Notes: generated from the sequence alone by a model not told the origin. DNA of 64,000 bases from Spirochaetia bacterium (GCA_965226065.1 OZ245332.1:98206-162205), one strand, 5' to 3'. Shown: positions 8,861-17,494, numbered from the stretch's first letter. Made by a program: numbers and translations.

Positions 8861-9776
8861 ATGATGATATATAAGAAAGCAATAGCCCTTCTGTCCCTTC
8901 TTTTGACCTTAATTATCGCAGCATGCGAAAACCCCCAACCAACATAGAGAAAAACGGTAAAGCCGACACGGATACAGACTCCGAAGGAGAATCTGCAGGC
9001 GAAACAGGCAACGAATCCGAAGACGATGGCGAAGACGCAGCCCCCGCCGCATATAGTTTTGCATTTGACACGGCAGCCACAAGGTTGCATTCACCTCAGG
9101 TGGCACATACACCCGTGCCGTCGTCGAGACAAACAAGCCCGCAGGCGACGCACGGGCTACTACATATACCTCAAGCGAGGGCAAGATAGCCACGGTCAAC
9201 GAAGCAGGTGTCGTAACCTTTGTGACCCAGGGCACGGTGACCATCACGGCCACCAAGACAGCGGAACCTGGCCATGAAAAAGCTACTGCCAGCTATGAAC
9301 TTACCATTACCAAAATGAAGCCCGCAAATAAACAGGCACTTGCCAATGAAATAACCCGAGCGATGGATGCACACGGCAACAAAGTCAACCTCAACTACAT
9401 AGACGTCTCTGATATCACCGACATGAGCTATCTTTTTAGTAGCCATGCATTCGGTTATGGGCGTCAGGCATTCAATGGCGACATATCAGAGTGGAAGGTG
9501 GCAAAGGTGACCAATATGTTCGCTACGTTTGAAGGTGCTACTGCGTTCGATCAGAATATCTCAAAGTGGGATGTGTCAGGGGTTGAAGATATGGTTTTTA
9601 TGTTTAAGGATGCAACCTCGTTCAAGCAGAACCTCAATGCATGGGGGAACAGAATAAACAACGCTTTAAAAGCTGATAAATGGAGAAATACAAAAATTAT
9701 GTTTACAGGCAGCGGTCTTGCGGACAATCTCCCTTCATGGTGTGCAAGTGTGCAAGCGTGTAGAAATGGACAATAA
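8861..9776 (+). pseudogene. BspA-like (DUF285) surface lipoprotein gene disrupted by two frameshifts
   Basis: AAGGAG RBS then MMIYKKAIALLSLLLTLIIAACENPQPT-stop. The frame continues in +1 after a C5 tract (8932..8936) as ...AAYSFAFDTAATR. A second shift occurs near 9075..9085 into the 9222..9776 frame (VAFTSGGTYTRAVVETNKPAGD...TYTSSEGKIATVNEAGVVTFV...). That frame aligns with the 18585..19640 protein and carries DUF285 units (NLNYIDVSDITDMSYLF..., ISKWDVSGVEDMVFMF). Confidence 0.6.
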
Positions 9777-9787
9777 AGGAGGAACAC

Positions 9788-9915
9788 ATGGCTATAGAAT
9801 ATAAAGTCATTCCACGCAAGATATTGGCGGGAGAAGACAAAGGCAAAGTAAAATACTACGCCACAACAAGCAACACCGGACGAACAGACCTTGATGACTT
9901 TATAAATATTATTCA
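9788..9915 (+). pseudogene. Possible truncated HU-like (Bacteroidetes-type histone-like) DNA-binding protein N-terminus
   Basis: AAGGAGG RBS, then MAIEYKVIPRKILAGEDKGKVKYYATTSNTGRTDLDDFINI resembles the N-terminus of Bacteroides-type HU-family proteins. The rest of the ORF overlaps the opposite-strand ImmA gene and looks non-coding. Confidence 0.25.
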
Positions 9916-10398
9916 GATTCCAAGTCGTATAGACATTGCTCCAAATGAAACATCGAATTCATTTGCTAAAATATGGGCAAGTTCTGCATGGAATCCCAGG
10001 TCAAAACATTCTATATAATGGTTGGCTCTCTCTTTAACCTTGTGAAGGGGCATTATTATATCAGCTGCCAGCTTATTAGCTTGAATTTCCTGATTGTTGC
10101 TTAGCAAGCTTCTGTATAATGGATCGTCAAATATCCCATCTCCTATGCTTTCCTTATGCAAGAAAAAATGGGCAAGCTCATGGGCTAGTGTAAATCTCCT
10201 CCGTTGAGGGGAATGCTTTAAATTTATAGTAATTCGGTAATTGTCGTTTACCTTCACTATCTTGCCAGACATCTCTCCCATATATTCATTTTCAACATCA
10301 ATATTATTATCCTTTGCAATACTTTCAAGATTAACAGGGTAGGAGTCAAGATATTTTTCTTTCAAACTTTTTGCGATATCCAGTCTATTGCTGTCCAT
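9913..10398 (-). CDS. ImmA/IrrE-family (DUF955) zinc metallopeptidase
   Basis: HExxH in LAHELAHFFLH, plus the downstream LAAD.IMP context typical of ImmA/IrrE anti-repressor proteases. Confidence 0.7.
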   Translation of the reverse strand: MDSNRLDIAKSLKEKYLDSYPVNLESIAKDNNIDVENEYMGEMSGKIVKVNDNYRITINLKHSPQRRRFTLAHELAHFFLHKESIGDGIFDDPLYRSLLSNNQEIQANKLAADIIMPLHKVKERANHYIECFDLGFHAELAHILANEFDVSFGAMSIRLGI

Positions 10399-10401
10399 TT
10401 G

Positions 10402-10845
10402 TCACTCCTTATTCACTTTTTTAGCATCATCAACATCAGAAGTACTTAATGCGTAAATATCGCCCGCCTTCATTCTTTCGTTTGTCTTTTTCATTACTTC
10501 CTCTACTATGGAATCTGTTTTATTTTTAATAAAGTCATCAGCTTTCCTATTTATGATTTCAGTTACTTTTGAATTTATTTCTTGCCAACCGATGATAGCC
10601 AGGATTCCGCCACCCATTGTTATGGTCGCTATAATTATTCCCAGTAAAGATATTTGAAAACTTAAAGCGTCAACATTACTGAGGTTTTCTGAATTCGCAA
10701 ACTTGAAAAACCCAAATACAATAAGTAGCAAGAAAAAAGCTCCAATCACAACAAGAAAAAATGTTAAAATGAGTATTAAAACTCCAGATTTTGGTTTACC
10801 TTCAGCTTTTTTGACTTTTTCTTTATTCCCCGGAGAACCAACCAC
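10402..10845 (-). CDS. Small membrane protein (2 predicted TM helices), co-directional and 3 nt upstream of the ImmA-like gene
   Basis: Two long hydrophobic stretches (VLILILTFFLVVIGAFFLLLIVFGFF and LLGIIIATITMGGGILAIIGW). No HTH motif recognised. Confidence 0.45.
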   Translation of the reverse strand: MVGSPGNKEKVKKAEGKPKSGVLILILTFFLVVIGAFFLLLIVFGFFKFANSENLSNVDALSFQISLLGIIIATITMGGGILAIIGWQEINSKVTEIINRKADDFIKNKTDSIVEEVMKKTNERMKAGDIYALSTSDVDDAKKVNKE

Positions 10846-10904
10846 TTATCTATTATGACACAGGTATCTAAATATAACAACAATATGCTGTATAAAATCT
10901 TTTT

Positions 10905-11394
10905 CCTCCATGAACCGCGTATTTTCTCACTCGTGGTTCCACCTCCCAATGACAAACCAGATGAGCATGGGATACATGAGGTCGTACGCAACACACTTCT
11001 TTTCAGCCACTATGCAGATGCGCACAAGGGAATATGCATAGGGTACGAAATAGCTCCAGAGTTTCTGCAACAAGGCACGATGTTCTATACACCTGTGCAA
11101 TATAGCAAGAATACAAGACCAGATAGCCTGGAGAAGCTCTTTGCCATTAAGGATGAGCTATGGAAATATGAGCATGAGGGGCGTTTTGTAGCCTTTGGCA
11201 CAGAGAAACACTATCAATTGCAAGGGAATTCACGCATTACAAGGCTTATCTTTGGGCTTAAAACACCTGAGGAAGACAAGACTTTGTTGTCGAAACTTCT
11301 ACAAGGCAAAGGAATAGACTTATATGATACCTACAGTGATGAATATAGTTCTTTTGATCTCAAGTTTAGGGAACACGGGGCAACATCTTTTTGA
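10905..11394 (+). pseudogene. Truncated copy of the DUF2971 C-terminal domain (about 97% identical to residues of paralog 1; no TPR region and no N-terminal NDPxE segment)
   Basis: 10911..11375 encodes EPRIFSLVVPPPNDKPDEHGIHEVVRNTLLFSHYADAHKGICIGYEI...LWKYEHEGRFVAF.... This is near-identical to 3334..3790, but with a different 3' end and unrelated upstream codons. Confidence 0.7.
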
Positions 11395-11502
11395 CAAAGG
11401 CTTTGCAGGCAATTGGTTTGAGCCCCACCAATGGGCCTATGGTAGACGATGAACATTTATTCTATGCAGCTTGGACTCTTAGTATCTTGATCACGCCCTA
11501 GC

Positions 11503-11847
11503 TTAGTCTTTCCAACTGTACAGCGTCCCATCATCGCGTATCGCCACTGTGTGATCCCCACATGTCGCAACAGCATTCCATTTTTCGATCCCTACTTTGA
11601 CGGGACTAGTCTGATGCTTCATATGCCATAGTGTCCCATCATCGCGTATCGCCACTGTGTGATCCCCACCTGCCGCAACAGCCTTCCATCTTCCGATCCC
11701 TACCATGTTGGGACTAGTCTGATAATTACGCCCTTTCCAAATACACAGCGTCCCATCATCGCGTATTGCCACTGTGTGATCCCTACCTATCGCAACAGCC
11801 TTCCATCTTCCGATCCCTACCTTGTCGGGACTAGTCTGATAATTCAT
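11503..11847 (-). pseudogene. RCC1-repeat (beta-propeller blade) protein fragment
   Basis: Three near-identical blades: GIGRWKAVA.G.DHTVAIRDDGTL..WK (RCC1-like GxxHTVAL..DGxLxxWG). Only 114 aa with no upstream continuation, so likely a remnant. Confidence 0.45.
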
Positions 11848-12180
11848 ATGCCATCTCCTTTATAAAATAAAATTTGTGAAAGCTGCTTAATATACAAGCA
11901 ACATTTTCAATTATATAAAGTATAGAAAACAAAACACAATAATACAATAGGTAAAATTAAAATGTGATGCAAGCTTGTCCAAGAACCCCATTCCTAAGCT
12001 TCTGCCTACCATACGGAGATGCCCTTATCAGCATACCGTTCTAAGCAATACGCAATATGCCTTTGAACTTTAGGGCACAAGTCCAAGAAGTTTACTAAAT
12101 AAATTTTTAGAGACACCTAGTGATAGCCAACAGCGACACATAGCGTCCTACAACAGAGACATGTATATGATCACGCAAGA

Positions 12181-13407
12181 TTACATTGTATTTCGCGTGG
12201 CTTCGAAACTAAGCAAGTACTCACGATAGTACTCGTACTGTGCTCTGCGTGCCTTAAGTTCTGCAGGCAAGCCGATGCTTATGTCGTTCACTAAGGCGTC
12301 AAACTTGTCTAAAAGAGACACAATGCGTTCTTGCTCTGCAAGGGGCGGTATGGGGATAGAAAACTTATTTATTATTGAAGAATTTATATTATTGATAGTA
12401 GTGCTACAGATACTTTTTTTAAGATATTGCAAGAAATTACCGCTACCTAACAAATAAAAAATAAATTGAGAATTAATACTTTTATTACATCTTATAACTG
12501 CCATAAAGCCACCAAAGTAGTAATCTATATTGTTATTAATATATGCAACTTTTCCTACATGGGCTTTACTTCCACTTGCTACGCTCATAAGAATATCACC
12601 TTTTTTTAACTTTTGCGTATCTTTAATTTTGGTATCTTTAGACACAACTTTAACATCTTCAAAGTTTAATCTATTATTTAATATGTCAATATTATTCGCT
12701 CTTAATATTTTGAAACCACTGTTTAAAGTTGTTTCCTGCGATTTATTGTAAGTAACCCCTCGCACATATTTAGCAATTTCTCCTAATTCTCTATATTCCA
12801 CGTCATGGCCAAAGGTGAGCAGCTTCTCACGGTAGTACTTATACTGCGCTACGCGCGCCTCAAGCTCCGCCTCAAGCTCCGTAAAGCTGTCGAGTATCTT
12901 TACGATTGCTTCTTGCACAGGTAGGGGTGGTATGGGTATGGGCAGTTTGGCAACATCTTTTGAATAAACATGAGGAACTCCGCTTCCGCTTTTAAGATTG
13001 TGTAATACATTTTGACAGTTTTTTAAAAAATGAAAAGCATATTTTGTAAGCAATAAATATTTATTTGTTTTTATTGAAAAGGCATCTGATACAAAAATTT
13101 CGGTCGTCCAATAACTAACAAAACCCGCATACGCACCGCTTCCCGCAATTACAATTGTTTCGCCATCTCTATTTCCTTTGTTATGATAATAGGCCGCTTT
13201 TCTGCCACCTGCAATAACAGGGATGTCACCACTTGAAATATTTTTTTTAGTTATGGATGTTCCCCGCTTAAGTTCCGCAACTTCTCCCAATTCTCTATAC
13301 TCCACCCCGTGCGGGCAGTGCTCGGACATCAGCCGTTTCAGCGTATTCATAGTGCACTCATGATGGTTCGCCAATAATCCCGCATAGTCCCATGATATCA
13401 TGCACAT
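12181..13407 (-). CDS. hsdS: Type I R-M specificity subunit HsdS (copy 2; TRD-B + TRD-C), 2 ELEA repeats in the central spacer
   Basis: Identical N- and C-terminal conserved regions to copy 1. Its first TRD (GEVAELKRGTSITKKNISSGDIPVIAGG...AKLPIPIPPLPVQE) is the same sequence that forms the second TRD of copy 1; its second TRD is unique. Only two cctcaagctccg units are present. Confidence 0.85.
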   Translation of the reverse strand: MCMISWDYAGLLANHHECTMNTLKRLMSEHCPHGVEYRELGEVAELKRGTSITKKNISSGDIPVIAGGRKAAYYHNKGNRDGETIVIAGSGAYAGFVSYWTTEIFVSDAFSIKTNKYLLLTKYAFHFLKNCQNVLHNLKSGSGVPHVYSKDVAKLPIPIPPLPVQEAIVKILDSFTELEAELEARVAQYKYYREKLLTFGHDVEYRELGEIAKYVRGVTYNKSQETTLNSGFKILRANNIDILNNRLNFEDVKVVSKDTKIKDTQKLKKGDILMSVASGSKAHVGKVAYINNNIDYYFGGFMAVIRCNKSINSQFIFYLLGSGNFLQYLKKSICSTTINNINSSIINKFSIPIPPLAEQERIVSLLDKFDALVNDISIGLPAELKARRAQYEYYREYLLSFEATRNTM

Positions 13408-13592
13408 GTGTTGAATTGTACACTATTTATATATGATTCCCTTAATGTATCACAATGGTCTTAAATGAATTCCTGCATATTTAATAATTTGAGGTTTACA
13501 AATGGATTTACATGTATCACGGCAACCTGTCTTTGACCTTTTAAAGTACATTCATCGGTCTATGGGCTATACTCAAACATAAGGAGCATCGC
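13408..13592. promoter_or_regulatory. Second copy of the conserved hsdS/TPR divergent leader
   Basis: Near-identical to 6540..6708. Confidence 0.45.
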
Positions 13593-15512
13593 ATGACTCA
13601 AGGCATAGAATCGTACTTCAATAGAGCGACACGATATTACAAAGAAGGCAAGTATGAAGAGGCGATAAAAACGCTTACATTGATTATCAAATCAGACGCA
13701 CCAGATGACATCAAGGTAGGTGCGTACAACAACAGAGGACTTACCAAAGACAGCTTGGGGAGCTACGAGGAAGCGATAAGGGATTACGACAAGGCGATAG
13801 AGCTACAGCCCGACTATGCCGCAGCATACCACAACAGAGGACTTGCCAAAAACAGCTTACAGAGATACGAAGAAGCGATAAAAGATTACGACAAGGCGAT
13901 AGAGCTACAGCCCGACTATGCCAATGCATGGTTCAACAGAGGCGTTACTAAATACAACTTAAGAAGATACGAGGAAGTGATAGAGGATTACGACAAGGGG
14001 ATAGAACTACAGCCCGACGATGCTAAGGCATACCACAACAGAGGTGTTGCTAAATACAACTTAAAAAGATACGAGGAAGCGATAGAGGATTACGACAAGG
14101 CGATAGAGCTACAGCCTAAGCTTGCCGAGACATACAACAACAGAGGCACTGCCAAATACAACTTACAGAGATACGAGGAAGCGATAGAAGATTACGACAA
14201 GGCGATAGAGCTACAGCCTAAGCTTGCCAAGGCATACTACAACAGAGGTAATGCGTACCATGAGCAAGCACAATACAACAAAGCAATAGTAGACTACACG
14301 CAGGTCATTAAACTGCCCACAGATGATAACACCAAAGCAGGAGCGTATGCTGGCAGAGGTACTGCATACGCCAAGCAAAAAGAATACAACGAAGCAATAA
14401 ATGATTTCAATGCTGCCCTACAGTACGGCATATCCGATGAAGTTATAAAAACATATCGCAAGCAAGAAGAAAAGGGCATTGCTAAAAACATATTAGAAGT
14501 ATTTGAAAGCACGGCGCAGATATTAAACCAACTAAAAGTACCTAAAGATTCTAAAGACACAGAATATCTTTCGCATACTACTAGATTGCCCGTGTTTATT
14601 CAACTCCTTGTTCCTGCACATAAGAACGAAAAACAACCACTAGGGATCTTTCGTATGTACCACATTGCCTACACCAACGACCCAACTGAAGGCAGGGTCT
14701 TGTTCAATAATATGAATATACCCCTTGATGAAGCAACACAGGGTAGGGACATACCTTATGTGATGGTAACAAGCTTTTGTGGAGGTAAAAACCCACAAGC
14801 ATTAGACACCTTGCCCATATGGAAGATGTACGGCGATGATGCACAAGGCATAGGCCTGTTATTTAAGAAAAGCGACATAGCCTACGATAAAAAAGGACAT
14901 GCCATGCCACATTATTTTGAATCTACTATGCTTAGCGACACTGGAAATACCAATAAGAAAGTCACACATGCGACATCACAACCCTTGCCAAATGAAGCAG
15001 ATGAAAAGAATGTTACACCCCCACAGATACTCTACAAGGTCTACTATGTGAAGAGTGATGAAACAGATGAAACAAAGAGTGATGAAATATATGGAAAGTT
15101 AAAAGACATAAAAACAAATCTTGAGACGATACAGAAACAACAAGATATACACAACAAAACCCTAGAGTTGCTAAACGGTATACGGTATCTCATAAAAGAC
15201 ATAAAATATGCCTACGAAGAAGAATACCGCCTCTTGTGCTTTGCAAATAAGGAACAAGTCCCAAAGATACTACAAAGCCAAGACATCACAGAACAAACTG
15301 AAAGCACCAAAGACACGAATACGGGTAGTCTACCACGTATACGTATCTACATAGAGACAGAAATATTAAAAAAACTCTGCAAGGTAATAACCGCCCCTAA
15401 AGTAAATAAGGAACAAGCCTTAAACATACAGTATCTTTTGCATTTCTATAAGGAAGAATTGCCAAAGCTGGAAGAAGAACCCCTATATACCAGCAATATA
15501 CCCTACCGCTAA
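13593..15512 (+). CDS. TPR-repeat protein (roughly 7 units) with a divergent, insertion-containing DUF2971-like C-terminal domain (paralog 3)
   Basis: N-terminus MTQGIESYFNRATRYYKEGKYEEAI plus TPR units as in paralogs 1 and 2. The C-terminal domain has GIFRMYHIAYTNDPTEGRVLF (NDPxE motif) and KYAYEEEYRLLCF (W/YxYExE-R motif) with extra inserted sequence. Confidence 0.8.
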   Translation: MTQGIESYFNRATRYYKEGKYEEAIKTLTLIIKSDAPDDIKVGAYNNRGLTKDSLGSYEEAIRDYDKAIELQPDYAAAYHNRGLAKNSLQRYEEAIKDYDKAIELQPDYANAWFNRGVTKYNLRRYEEVIEDYDKGIELQPDDAKAYHNRGVAKYNLKRYEEAIEDYDKAIELQPKLAETYNNRGTAKYNLQRYEEAIEDYDKAIELQPKLAKAYYNRGNAYHEQAQYNKAIVDYTQVIKLPTDDNTKAGAYAGRGTAYAKQKEYNEAINDFNAALQYGISDEVIKTYRKQEEKGIAKNILEVFESTAQILNQLKVPKDSKDTEYLSHTTRLPVFIQLLVPAHKNEKQPLGIFRMYHIAYTNDPTEGRVLFNNMNIPLDEATQGRDIPYVMVTSFCGGKNPQALDTLPIWKMYGDDAQGIGLLFKKSDIAYDKKGHAMPHYFESTMLSDTGNTNKKVTHATSQPLPNEADEKNVTPPQILYKVYYVKSDETDETKSDEIYGKLKDIKTNLETIQKQQDIHNKTLELLNGIRYLIKDIKYAYEEEYRLLCFANKEQVPKILQSQDITEQTESTKDTNTGSLPRIRIYIETEILKKLCKVITAPKVNKEQALNIQYLLHFYKEELPKLEEEPLYTSNIPYR

Positions 15513-15911
15513 GTAGGAAATCCCGTACCCATATGCATTACCACAGACACAAGAATCACACAGAAGACTTGTTATACTTGTTACAAAGGAAGTGCTCATG
15601 AAACAACAAGCAAACCCGAAAGCCTTTTTACCCTAAAGTTCAGGCCAGGTTCGTTCAAAAAAAAAGTTCTAATTATTAGCATCAGTGTCGGAAGACATGA
15701 GCTATCTCTTTTATAACACCACTGTATCTACCTTTGGGGGATGTTTGAATTCTCTTTGGCAAGACCTGCGAATCACTTAAAAAGAATATGCATGTCTCTT
15801 TGGGATTTATACGATCGTTTCGTGTACCTTTGTGTCATAGAGGCATGACGCCTCAGCCTTGTTTAGCTATTCATCGGTTTATCGGCTATACTCAAACGTA
15901 AGGAGCATCAC

Positions 15912-16163
15912 ATGACTCAAGGCATAGAATCGTACTTCAATAGAGCGACACGATATTACAAAGAAGGCAAGTATGAAGAGGCGATAGCGAATTATGACAA
16001 AGCGATAGAACTACAGCCCGAAGATGCCGATGCATGGTTCAACAAAGGAACAAACAGCATTATGATTATGATAGAACGACAAAGCATGGGGAAACCGAAG
16101 GTGCGTCTTTGTTATTGTATTTATCAAAATAGTCAAGAAATAAGCAGTATAGAATATTTATAA
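15912..16163 (+). pseudogene. N-terminal fragment (leader + first TPR) of a fourth TPR-DUF2971 family gene
   Basis: MTQGIESYFNRATRYYKEGKYEEAIANYDKAIELQPEDADAWFNKG, then unrelated sequence and a stop. It is preceded by a partial copy of the conserved leader (15870..15911). Confidence 0.55.
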
Positions 16164-16183
16164 GGTTAAGAAGTAATGGAATT

Positions 16184-16816
16184 ATGAAGTGTATTTTAAT
16201 GTTTTGTTATGCGGGTCTCATTGTGCTTCTTGCTTCTTGTAGATCTGTGGCAACTTATACAGATAGTCCAGATGGTCAATTTTTTTATTCAGTGAGTAAG
16301 CAGGAAGAAACGAAATATGGTGATATTTTTGTTGTTATTGAAAAATATCGTTATTATCCGGTCTTTTTTAGTCAAGTAGAGCGTATGTTTTATGAAATTA
16401 ATCAAGCGAATCCTTTGGATGGCTATCATGCAAATACTTATAATTTTATACAATATAAGGGTTTTCGAGGCTCACAAATTGAATGTAAAATCAACGTAAG
16501 TCAAGTGGGACTTATAATTACTTACACACTGCCTAAAATTAGTGCGGATGTAAGGGATAAAAAAATCTTAAAAATTTGGAATAGATATTATTCCGCTTTA
16601 CTAAAGCATGAGCAAAATCATGCTGAGTTTGGTCGCATTGCAGCCAAAAGAATATACGATGTGTTGAGAAAAAACTTAAATAAGCCATGCGAGCAAGAAA
16701 TGCAAAAAGAAATTGATGAAATTTTTGCGTGGCATGCTAAACAACATAAAGAATATGATGAAAAAACGAATCATGGGAAAAAAGAGGATGCGTATTTGCC
16801 ATTTTATTTACCTTAA
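16184..16816 (+). CDS. Secreted lipoprotein with HExxH-type motif (HEQNH), DUF922/COG5661-like predicted Zn-peptidase
   Basis: Signal peptide and lipobox (LLASCRS). LLKHEQNHAEFGRIAA resembles the HEQGH motif I recall for DUF922 proteins. The gene sits between duplicated copies of the 3' end of paralog 3. Confidence 0.5.
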   Translation: MKCILMFCYAGLIVLLASCRSVATYTDSPDGQFFYSVSKQEETKYGDIFVVIEKYRYYPVFFSQVERMFYEINQANPLDGYHANTYNFIQYKGFRGSQIECKINVSQVGLIITYTLPKISADVRDKKILKIWNRYYSALLKHEQNHAEFGRIAAKRIYDVLRKNLNKPCEQEMQKEIDEIFAWHAKQHKEYDEKTNHGKKEDAYLPFYLP

Positions 16817-16839
16817 AATGAGAAGAAAGACATCACAGA

Positions 16840-17300
16840 ACAAACTGAAAGCACCAAAGACACGAATTATACGTATCTACATAGAGACAGAAATATTAAA
16901 AAAACTCTGCAAGGTAATAACCGCCCCTAAAGTAAATAAGGAACAAGCCTTAAACATACAGTATCTTTTGCATTTCTATAAGGAAGAAGAACCCCTATAT
17001 ACCAGCAATATACCCTACCGCTAAGTAGGAAATCCCGTACCCATATGCATTACCACAGACACAAGAATCACACAGAAGACTTGTTATACTTGTTACAAAA
17101 GGAAGTGCTCATGAAACAACAAGTAAACCCGAAAGCCTTTTTACCCTAAAGTTCAGGCCAAGTTCGTTCAAAAACAAAAAGTTCTAATTATTAGCATCAG
17201 TGTCGGAAGACATGAGCTATCTCTTTTATAACACCACTGTATCTACCTTTGGGGAATGTTTGAATTCTCTTTGGTAAGACCTGCGAATCACTTAAAAAGA
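16840..17300 (+). repeat. Degenerate duplicate of the 3' end and downstream region of TPR paralog 3 (matches ~15290..15800)
   Basis: 16856..17015 encodes ...RIIRIYIETEILKKLCKVITAPKVNKEQALNIQYLLHFYKEE..EPLYTSNIPYR, the paralog 3 C-terminus with small deletions. 17016..17300 repeats 15513..15800 (gtaggaaatcccgtacccatatgcattaccacagacacaag...). Confidence 0.7.
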
Positions 17301-17494
17301 ATATACATGTCTCTTCTCTAAGGTCTCTACAGTAACTAGTATCAGTGTTAGAAGACGCTAGATATCTTATGAAAGAAATGCGCTCTTAGGATATACTAGA
17401 GGTGTTGATTCCTCTAAGGTAGAAATCTACAGAACCATGAAATAGACAAAAGCTTGTATAGGATAAGTGAATCATCACGTAAGGAAAAGAAACG

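Noticed and set aside
8310-9446. ORFs 8310..8723(-), 8830..9090(-), 8909..9256(-), 8923..9189(+), 9026..9277(+), 9171..9446(-)
   Set aside because: These are alternative or antisense frames over the 3' end of TPR paralog 2 and over the frameshifted BspA-like pseudogene. The only coherent protein-level similarity is in the frames described under the pseudogene feature.
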